Assembly: GCA_051117555.1 (NCBI GenBank) | Contig: JBNPEG010000048.1 | Coordinates: 5,782-33,354 of the forward strand | Length of the DNA: 27,573 nucleotides | From: Elainellaceae cyanobacterium | GTDB taxonomy: Bacteria > Cyanobacteriota > Cyanobacteriia > CAZCXK01 | Reading direction: 5' to 3' | Part shown: one piece after another, positions 1 through 7,194 of the stretch | Layout: every line of letters starts with the position of its first letter | How positions within the stretch are numbered: the stretch's first letter is position 1 | Translations under genes and position numbers: made by a program | The notes under the pieces: model-generated | The model's database searches: none | Seen by the model: only the letters and a program-made list of their open reading frames with translations | Told to the model about the DNA's origin: nothing

Positions 1-62
1 ATTGAGTTCGTTTTAATGTGAACTGGGCGTTCTTCGATTGCTTGATTTGAGACTTGATTCAT
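1..62 (-). CDS. 5' end of a gene running off the left edge (MNQVSNQAIEERPVHIKTNS...), product unknown
   Basis: ATG at 62-60 on the minus strand, GGGAG Shine-Dalgarno-like sequence at 73-69, open frame to the window edge; only 20 codons visible. Confidence 0.55.
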   Translation of the reverse strand, partial: MNQVSNQAIEERPVHIKTNS

Positions 63-213
63 CGTGGGCTCCCGTCGATGATGCATGATTTCTAGTTGCA
101 AAGCACTTTATTGTGGTTTGTTTTTTTCTCTTCTTTCGTCTGACTTGAGGGATAAACCTAAGCCCGTAGGGCTATATCACCCTGACACGAGTCTCTAGAT
201 ATTTTCCAAATAC

Positions 214-296
214 ATCTTCAGGACTATCCGCAGGAATGTCCTGAAAACGAGTGGCAAGGATGCGTTTCAACCTGTCCTCCGGACTGTCTGCCAGAC
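214..296. repeat. 12-bp-period array of quasi-palindromic GTCCTNAGGAC-like units (cluster 1)
   Basis: ATCTTCAGGAC 214-224, ATCCGCAGGAA 226-236, GTCCTGAAAAC 238-248, GTCCTCCGGAC 274-284, GTCTGCCAGAC 286-296; all starts differ by multiples of 12. Confidence 0.8.
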
Positions 297-345
297 AGAT
301 TGCAACTGCACTCGTCTTCCTAAGAACAAAAATTAGTGAAGAAAC

Positions 346-353
346 GCGATCGC
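346..353. repeat. HIP1 octamer GCGATCGC (one example of many across the window)
   Basis: Also at 905, 1315 and dozens of other positions; characteristic of cyanobacterial genomes. Confidence 0.95.
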
Positions 354-378
354 TCAATAAATCCGTAAAGAGAGCGAT

Positions 379-999
379 ATGATTAGGAAATATCCTGAGG
401 ACAGTCCAGAGGATAATGGAATGAGCTATGGAGAAATTGACCGCTTTCCCGTTAGTCAGCTAACCGAACGCTATGGCGACCTGGCGCGGAGTGCAGTCTA
501 CAGTAGGCTCGAGGCTCTGGGAATCAAGCCTAAACGAATTGGCAATCGATCCTATGTGAATGCTGAGCAACTGAGACTGATGGATGATCTGCACCAGTTC
601 ATTAATTCAGGGAGAAGTACAGCAGAATTTCTTGAGATGAGAGGACTGGATTCAGCTACCAATTCATCATCTAGACAGTCCTCAGAGCAATCCTCAGGAC
701 TGTCTACCGTATCCCCCGATATCGTTCGGCTTGTCAGCATGATCGCCTCCGAAATTGCCTCGCGGTTTCAGCCCCCGATGCCCGAACCGGATCCATTGGC
801 ATATTATGAGACTCTAGAACGAGCCGCCCAGCAAGGATGGCTCCTTAAAACCTCAGAGGTTGCCTACTTACTACGGTTGCCCGCCGATGAAATTCAACAA
901 TATGGCGATCGCTTTTCTGAAGCAGGGTTTATATTCACTCGGGCAGGATACCGGGCTCCTGGTGAAATAGCATGGAAAGTCTCTAAACCTGTACAATAA
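379..999 (+). CDS. Hypothetical DNA-binding protein with two predicted (winged) HTH domains joined by a Ser/Pro-rich linker; the true start may be ATG 421
   Basis: 206-aa ORF. N-domain FPVSQLTERYGDLARSAVYSRLEALGIKP..RSYV resembles a MerR/Xis-type HTH; C-domain WLLKTSEVAYLLRLPADEI resembles a second HTH. GAGGA precedes ATG 421. Confidence 0.75.
   Translation: MIRKYPEDSPEDNGMSYGEIDRFPVSQLTERYGDLARSAVYSRLEALGIKPKRIGNRSYVNAEQLRLMDDLHQFINSGRSTAEFLEMRGLDSATNSSSRQSSEQSSGLSTVSPDIVRLVSMIASEIASRFQPPMPEPDPLAYYETLERAAQQGWLLKTSEVAYLLRLPADEIQQYGDRFSEAGFIFTRAGYRAPGEIAWKVSKPVQ
392..414. repeat. 12-bp-period repeat pair (cluster 2) over the translation-initiation region of the HTH gene
   Basis: ATCCTGAGGAC 392-402 and GTCCAGAGGAT 404-414. 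Confidence 0.85.
666..705. repeat. 12-bp-period repeats (cluster 3) inside the HTH gene linker
   Basis: ATCATCTAGAC 666-676, GTCCTCAGAGC 678-688, ATCCTCAGGAC 690-700; AGACAGTCCT (673-682) and AGGACTGTCT (696-705) form a perfect 10-bp inverted repeat. Confidence 0.8.
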
Positions 1000-1022
1000 A
1001 AAAGCCAGCTTTGGCGCTGGCT
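998..1022 (-). terminator. Intrinsic terminator-like hairpin with its U-tract on the minus strand
   Basis: Stem AGCCAGC 1003-1009 / GCTGGCT 1016-1022, A-tract from 998 overlapping the stop of ORF 379-999. Confidence 0.6.
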
Positions 1023-1219
1023 CGACTGTTCGTGTTCAATTGGATTCGTGTTCTGATAGTGATTCTGAGGGTGATGTTGGTGTTAGCACTGGCATCACCT
1101 AGTCTTTTAGGTCGATGGACTGTCAGTCATTCTGGCACATGTACGCCAGCAGGAGCTTTACCCACCAGTGGAGGCTGTTCTCCCTAGACCCTCCAGTCTT
1201 TCTTCGTACACTTTAGCAT

Positions 1220-1289
1220 GTCCTGAGGACAGTCCGAAGGATTTTCCTGATATTTTCCTGAAGATATTCCTAAGGACAATCCTGAGGAC
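1220..1289. repeat. Six tandem 11-12-bp units (cluster 4)
   Basis: GTCCTGAGGAC 1220, GTCCGAAGGAT 1232, TTCCTGATATT 1244, TTCCTGAAGAT 1255, TTCCTAAGGAC 1267, ATCCTGAGGAC 1279. Confidence 0.9.
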
Positions 1290-1463
1290 AGATTGGAATA
1301 CGCCGTTTAAGATGGCGATCGCAATCCTAGAGCAGTATGTGCTTGAATTGAGCACAATTGAAAATGGCTATAAATTAGCTAATGAAATGGAGTACAGGCA
1401 AGTTGCCCGTGCTATCAAAGCCTAGCCTTCAGGAGAAAAACAAACCACTCGCACTAGAGATTT

Positions 1464-1498
1464 GTCCTAAGGATCATCCTGTGGTCAGTCCTGAAGAT
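1464..1498. repeat. Three tandem 12-bp units (cluster 5)
   Basis: GTCCTAAGGAT 1464, ATCCTGTGGTC 1476, GTCCTGAAGAT 1488. Confidence 0.85.
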
Positions 1499-1534
1499 AT
1501 AGCGGTATGCGCTTGGGTTAAGTACGGCACAGTC

Positions 1535-1898
1535 TACTGGTGTAGCATAGCTAAAATGGTGCATTAGGTAGGGTGTCGTTAGCGCAGCGTAACGCACCGG
1601 ATTCAAGAGCTTCAGCCCTTTAAGGATTTGCACTATTTTAGACATGTCACGACACTACTGGTGTAGCACAGCTAAAATAGTGCATTAGGTAGGGTGTCGT
1701 TAGCGCAGCGTAACGCACCGGATTCAAGAGCTTCAGCCCTTTAAGGATTTGCACTATCTTAAGCATGTCAGGCCACTACTGGCGTGGCACAGCTAAAATA
1801 ATGCATTGGCAGGGTGCTGTTAGCGCAGCGTAACGCACCGGTTTCAAGAGTTTCAGCCCTTTAAGGGTTTGCACTATTTTAGACATGTCACGACACTA
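1535..1898. mobile_element. Three head-to-tail copies of a 120-121-bp MITE-like element with imperfect terminal inverted repeats and an internal REP-like hairpin
   Basis: Units start at TA 1535, 1656 and 1777 and end at TA 1898. Ends TACTGGTGTAGCACAGCTAAAATAGTGCA / TGCACTATTTTAGACATGTCACGACACTA; internal GTAGGGTGTCGTTAGCGCAGCGTAACGCACC. Confidence 0.8.
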
Positions 1899-1958
1899 CA
1901 TAGTGTTAGGTCTGAGGCATGACCGCAGCCTAGATTCGGCCCTAGCTTAGCTAAATCC

Positions 1959-4900
1959 CTATTGACTCAGCATGGTCTTAGACAAAACGCCATGAATCTG
2001 ATCGAGTAACTCTTTCATAGACACCGACGCTGACACGATATGCAGAGGGGATGATTGACTCGTGCGCTGTAGCTGTTGAGTCTGGATATAAGCAGACGCA
2101 TGAGAGGCATAGCTGCCATCTAGCACAAAGACAGGAACGGTTATTGCTAGAGTTTCAAGCCAGCTCATGGTATCTGCTAACGCCTTCATAGACTGTTCTG
2201 AGCTCACATAAAGTATCAATAAATTAATCGACCGATGCTGAAGCTGATGGCGAATATCAGGCCAGGCATTAAGGATCGAACATTGGAGCCCAGCCGCTTG
2301 AAAATAGCGCATTAATGCGCTCAGCCAAGTGTCAGTGTGCTTCATGCCATTGTGCACCGATACGACTTCAAATGACTGGCAATTTTCGGTGGAATGAGTA
2401 GTTAGGTCGGCTAAGTCAACCAGGGCAATATGCGGAGCCCAACCAATACCAGCCGCAATTCGAAGTGCTTGAATCAGAGCAGACGCTTGAGACGGGCTCA
2501 CCGTATTATCGTAAGTATCTTGTAATTCTAAACACGGAAATACTGCAAGTCCCGGTATCTGATTAGCCACTTGCGTTATGTTGGGCGTGAGAGTCACAAT
2601 CGGCAACGTCACCAGATAGGGATTTTGACTGAGCTCCTGCATCAGAGATTTTGGATCAGCAATGCTGCCATCAATCAGAATGACATCCGGGTTCCAGACC
2701 CGCGCTAGAAGATCAGCCTGATCAACATCGTCTACTTCTAAAACCCGACAGTGATAGGGATACAGCAGATGATTTAAATCGCATCGTGTCGTCAGATCAG
2801 GGGCTCCAGATTCTAGGATTTGATTATCCTCATCTGATTCTAGAAATCCTGAGACGTCAAGCCCTGATTCACCCTCAGATTTGTCCTCATTTCCACCCAT
2901 CGTCCTGCCTACATTCAAGTAGAGCACGGTCAGATCAGACAAACTCTCTGTATGAGCATCGGCGTCAGATTTCAGACGCGTGAGAGATTCTAGGGTCGTT
3001 CGTAACGCCTCAAGCTGGATGGGCAAATTTAGAAATCCCGAAGCTCCGTTACAGCGAACAGACCCTGTTTCAACAGGTGATGCCATGATAACCACTGGAA
3101 CATGCTGAGTCTGAACATCCGATTTTAAGAGCGTCATCACGCCCCAACCCGACAGTAGCGGTAAATCTGGGTTCATCAACACGGCAACGGGTTGCAACCG
3201 ACGAATTTTACCGATCGCCTCTGTCCCTGAACGGGCGATCGCCACTCGATAGCCTAATTGGGTTAATTGTTCTGTCAGAGAATCTAGATGAGAGGATGAG
3301 CCTTCCACCACCACCACCAAATGATTTTGTCGGCTCAACGTCGATGTTGATGCAAGAAGTGACTGAAACTTGGCAAGCTCCATTGCCTTAATCTGGGGCG
3401 GGCAGAGGGGCAAAAGCAATGTGAATTGGCTTCCTTGGGACTCTACAGACGTAAATGATACATCACCGCCATGCAACTGAGCGAGCCGCTGCGTCAAGAC
3501 CAATCCCAAACCAGCCCCTTCAAATCGGCGCGTTAAAGGATGCTCTAACTGCTGAAACTTTTGGAAAATTAAATGCTGCTTATCCGCTGGGATGCCGATG
3601 CCTGTATCCCACACTTTAAGAGCCATCCAACCGTCCCATGATGTTACGCTCAGACCAATTTCTCCATCGGCAGGGGTAAATTTCACGGCATTCGACAATA
3701 AGTGAGCTAGCATTTGCCTTAGCCGCAGTTCATCTGCAATGAGATGGTTTAAGCCAGGTTCAATGTCTAAAGAAAATGGCGCCGTTTTAACGTGTGTATC
3801 ATCTTGATCAGACGATATATTTTCAGAACTATAAATTTGTTGAGCCTGCCGATATGCTGCTTCGCAAATGCCACGAAGTTCAACTGGCTCTAGCATTAAC
3901 TTAAGCTGTCCTGTTTCAATGCGAGTCAGATCGAGAATGTTGTTGACAATCAACGAAAGGTGGCGACCGCTTTGGTGAATCAGTTGAGCGTAGTAAACCT
4001 GGCGACTATTCAACGGACCAAGCTGTTGATCTTTCAGTAAACTCGACAACCCAAGTATGGCAGTCAAGGGAGTTTTGAGTTCGTGACTAATGCAGGCCAA
4101 AAATTCATCTTTCAATCGATTAAGCTGGGTTAAATCTGCGTTTTTAGCAATTAGCTCTCTAGCGATTCGCTCGTGTTCTGTGGCATCCTGCGCGAGAACC
4201 AACCAAAAATCGGTTTCAGATTGACCCAGCGATGATGACGAAGCAGCATCTTGAGTCAACGGAATGTCGGGAGATGATGAGACGGACGATACTAGCCATT
4301 GATCAGAAATGGCTAAATCCGAACTGCCTGCTGTCGATAATGTCGCCACTTCAGCAATCGTGTGCGCATCAGTCATCGAATCCGAAGAAATCTGCAGCAG
4401 AACTTTAATGAACTTCCAAACCTGCTCGCGCCCGTCCTCCATTAACTGGACGCAAATGCAAGTATTGGAGGTGTTTCCAGGTTTACATAGATCTGCGGCG
4501 CCAAATTCGCCGTAGCGAGCATTCAAGTCTACAGGGGAGACTTCGTTCAGATTGGATGCAGTATCGAAAGCAGTATGACTGTCTACTGAATCGGAGAGGG
4601 AGGGATGGGGTGCTGATGCATAGGTCGATGCCGTTTGCATCAAAATGGTAGTCATATCATGCTGAAGCTTGGATGCTGTTTGAGACGCTCCGACCTGCTG
4701 CTGCCACGCTAAATTCTGAGATACAACCTCTCCCGTTCCGGTTTGTATCATCACAGGCAGTGGAAAATGTCTTAAAAGCTGACTTGTTGATTGGATGACA
4801 TCATCAGCCAACCGACCGGCAGAGCTAGTATTGCCTGTGTTAATTGAGGGATTGTCTTGCTGAGCCGGACTCCAAATCTTAGCTTTATTTAAATCTGACC

Positions 4901-5357
4901 CGTGGGTTGCTAGAAACTTCCAGAGATCCAGCCGATTTAATACTCCTACCGGGATATTCGTCTCACTTAGCAACACACATTCGTGATTAGGAAAATCTTG
5001 TAGACTCGCTTGTGCCTGATTTAAGCTTGATTTAATCGGGAGGGTGATAACCGGGCAAAGCAGAGGTTGAGTGTCTTGGTCACAGGATGATTTACTCAAT
5101 ATTTCGGCAATACTTCCCTCCAACGGCTTCGGAGACGAGAGGAGCGACGCGTCGGATTGATGGGGCGCAAGCACATACGGGAGAATGCGGTGAGCTGCTA
5201 ATATGCCTAATGGTCGCTGCTGCTCATCGGTAATCAGAAGGCGATCGCACGGGTATTCCTCTAGCGTCTTAAGAAGAGACAATACACTATCTGTATGAAT
5301 ACAGATAGGCAAGCGTTCAAGAAAAGTAATGAGAAAATCAGGATTCGTGAACGGCAT
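1959..5357 (-). CDS. Hybrid sensor histidine kinase (N-terminal CBS-like region, HisKA, HATPase, C-terminal receiver-like domains)
   Basis: H-box KDEFLACISHELKTPL, N-box LLSNAVKFT, G1 DTGIGI, G2 GAGLGL, receiver-like segments after about aa 680. Confidence 0.93.
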   Translation of the reverse strand: MPFTNPDFLITFLERLPICIHTDSVLSLLKTLEEYPCDRLLITDEQQRPLGILAAHRILPYVLAPHQSDASLLSSPKPLEGSIAEILSKSSCDQDTQPLLCPVITLPIKSSLNQAQASLQDFPNHECVLLSETNIPVGVLNRLDLWKFLATHGSDLNKAKIWSPAQQDNPSINTGNTSSAGRLADDVIQSTSQLLRHFPLPVMIQTGTGEVVSQNLAWQQQVGASQTASKLQHDMTTILMQTASTYASAPHPSLSDSVDSHTAFDTASNLNEVSPVDLNARYGEFGAADLCKPGNTSNTCICVQLMEDGREQVWKFIKVLLQISSDSMTDAHTIAEVATLSTAGSSDLAISDQWLVSSVSSSPDIPLTQDAASSSSLGQSETDFWLVLAQDATEHERIARELIAKNADLTQLNRLKDEFLACISHELKTPLTAILGLSSLLKDQQLGPLNSRQVYYAQLIHQSGRHLSLIVNNILDLTRIETGQLKLMLEPVELRGICEAAYRQAQQIYSSENISSDQDDTHVKTAPFSLDIEPGLNHLIADELRLRQMLAHLLSNAVKFTPADGEIGLSVTSWDGWMALKVWDTGIGIPADKQHLIFQKFQQLEHPLTRRFEGAGLGLVLTQRLAQLHGGDVSFTSVESQGSQFTLLLPLCPPQIKAMELAKFQSLLASTSTLSRQNHLVVVVEGSSSHLDSLTEQLTQLGYRVAIARSGTEAIGKIRRLQPVAVLMNPDLPLLSGWGVMTLLKSDVQTQHVPVVIMASPVETGSVRCNGASGFLNLPIQLEALRTTLESLTRLKSDADAHTESLSDLTVLYLNVGRTMGGNEDKSEGESGLDVSGFLESDEDNQILESGAPDLTTRCDLNHLLYPYHCRVLEVDDVDQADLLARVWNPDVILIDGSIADPKSLMQELSQNPYLVTLPIVTLTPNITQVANQIPGLAVFPCLELQDTYDNTVSPSQASALIQALRIAAGIGWAPHIALVDLADLTTHSTENCQSFEVVSVHNGMKHTDTWLSALMRYFQAAGLQCSILNAWPDIRHQLQHRSINLLILYVSSEQSMKALADTMSWLETLAITVPVFVLDGSYASHASAYIQTQQLQRTSQSSPLHIVSASVSMKELLDQIHGVLSKTMLSQ

Positions 5358-5594
5358 TGGAGACAGTCTCTATACATCAGAACCAGCCAATCGATAATTC
5401 ACGAGGAAACAGTAAATTCGCCGCATGGTGCCTAAATCTGCTTTAATCCAATTATGCCTCTTCACATAAGTATCGAGAACCTTTAGAACTACAATAAATA
5501 TTAAGTATTCTAATATCGAGCAACATTTCTACACGAAATGTCGATATGGGTCTACATTCTCACTAGCTGTTGATAGTCTGTATCCTTCGTTATC

Positions 5595-6500
5595 TTGCAC
5601 CCTCAATTTTCGATTTGCGCTCTTCTTTATTCAGGCTCTCTAGCAACCGAACTTTCACATGCTATGAGAGAGGATCACTATACGCTGAACCAGTTCAGTT
5701 CTGCTGCTGAGTTTCTGACGACTGTGGAGGAGGATAATCATCAAATTGACTGCCTTGTCCTAGAAGGCAACAGCCGCTTGTCATCAATTCTTGAGCAACT
5801 TGAGCAGAGAGAAGTCTTCCTTCCAGTCGTCGTAATCGAATCTCCAGATTATTTTGAGACGAGGCAACCCACATCAACGCAGTCATCTACGTCTAACTCA
5901 GCTACTCCCCTCGTTCCAGACGAGCAATACCACACAGCAATTTTAAGAATGAGGGTTGCTCAACTTGACCAGATTGGGTCATTCATTGATCAAGCTATTA
6001 CTAAATTTTTAGAGCTCTCACCCGCTTGTTCACTCCCTAAAGATAGATCCGGATCTCAAACATCACCCCAGTCATCATCCGAAGATGTGTTAGTTCCACA
6101 TCAGAAACGGTTAGCGGAAAAGCTAAGAGAGCGTTTAGGATATCTCGGTGTGTACTACAGACGAAATCCTCGAAATTTTCTGCGCAACATGCAGCCTGCT
6201 GAAAAGCAAGAATTCTTTTCTGAATTAAAAACGGTCTACCGAGAAATTATCCTAAACTACTTTTCCGATGACGATAATTTAAATCAAAGGATTGATAATT
6301 ATGTAAATATGACATTCTTTGCCGATATTCCGGTTGCCAGAGTTGTCGAAATCCATATGGAGCTGATGGATGACTTTTCTAAACAGCTAAAACTGGAAGG
6401 CCGGAGTGAAGAGATATTGCTCGATTATCGATTAACGCTTATCGATACTCTGGCAAACTTATGTGAAATGTATCGCCGATCTATTCCACGAGAGTCATAA
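5595..6500 (+). CDS. kaiA: Circadian clock protein KaiA (long form with N-terminal pseudo-receiver)
   Basis: LAEKLRERLGYLGVYYRRNP, HMELMDDFSKQLKLEGRSEEILLDYRLTLID, CEMYRRSIPRE; TTG start uncertain. Confidence 0.97.
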   Translation: MHPQFSICALLYSGSLATELSHAMREDHYTLNQFSSAAEFLTTVEEDNHQIDCLVLEGNSRLSSILEQLEQREVFLPVVVIESPDYFETRQPTSTQSSTSNSATPLVPDEQYHTAILRMRVAQLDQIGSFIDQAITKFLELSPACSLPKDRSGSQTSPQSSSEDVLVPHQKRLAEKLRERLGYLGVYYRRNPRNFLRNMQPAEKQEFFSELKTVYREIILNYFSDDDNLNQRIDNYVNMTFFADIPVARVVEIHMELMDDFSKQLKLEGRSEEILLDYRLTLIDTLANLCEMYRRSIPRES

Positions 6501-6570
6501 ACTAAACGAGATATTCAGACTTGCCTATTTTTATCCTCGCCTTTTTTGAGAACCATTCTTAGATTGCTTT

Positions 6571-6888
6571 ATGACTTCCTCGAATAAGACCTATATTTTG
6601 AAGCTGTATGTAGCGGGAAACACCCCCAACTCAATTCGGGCTTTAAGAACTCTAAAGAGCATTTTGGAACGAGAATTTAGGGGTGTTTATGCTCTAAAGG
6701 TGATCGATGTTCTCAAAAACCCACAGTTAGCAGAAGAAGATAAAATTTTGGCAACACCTACTCTCTCAAAGATTTTGCCTCCACCAGTACGAAAAATCAT
6801 CGGTGATTTGTCAGATCGGGAAAGGGTTTTAATTGGTCTAGATTTACTATATGATGAATTGCTTGATGACGATGCAGACTATGAATAA
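6571..6888 (+). CDS. kaiB: Circadian clock protein KaiB
   Basis: [16 protein letters not shown]...[15 protein letters not shown]...RKIIGDLS, acidic tail. Confidence 0.99.
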   Translation: MTSSNKTYILKLYVAGNTPNSIRALRTLKSILEREFRGVYALKVIDVLKNPQLAEEDKILATPTLSKILPPPVRKIIGDLSDRERVLIGLDLLYDELLDDDADYE

Positions 6889-7001
6889 TTAAGACGTCGA
6901 TGCTGAGTTTTGATAAGCGACCCATTAGCAGATGAAAAGCGGCTCCTATCCTGAGCAAAATGCGTCTCAAATTTTGCAATTTATTACCTTCTCTCTCAAT
7001 G

Positions 7002-7093
7002 TATAGCGATCCTAAATCGCTTGTGAATTGTGTGTGAGCGGTGGGGCAGGCGCCGCCCGCCCCACCGCTCACAACCCATCTAAGATTGCTATA
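7002..7093. mobile_element. Miniature inverted-repeat element with a strong internal hairpin between kaiB and kaiC
   Basis: Ends TATAGCGATCCTA / TAAGATTGCTATA are imperfect inverted repeats; perfect 15-bp stem TGTGAGCGGTGGGGC 7033-7047 / GCCCCACCGCTCACA 7059-7073. Confidence 0.75.
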
Positions 7094-7194
7094 TTTCATC
7101 TGAATCATTTATTCCAACTGATTATAGACAGTAGTGCTCGTGCTTAAAATTATGCCCCTTCGCTGACTTAAAAAATGCGTCTTTACTAAGAATC

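Noticed and set aside
1220..1289. CRISPR or guide-RNA array interpretation of the 12-bp repeats
   Set aside because: Units abut with a 1-bp gap, leaving no spacer; the layout fits protein-binding sites better
172..1645. Short ORFs 172-357, 552-740, 1158-1355, 1168-1425, 1382-1567 and 1454-1645, several sharing SPED peptides
   Set aside because: The shared peptide is the translated DNA repeat, appearing on both strands; no other protein-like features
1535..1898. CRISPR array interpretation of the triple repeat
   Set aside because: Units are similar along their whole 121 bp with no unique spacers, and there are no cas genes
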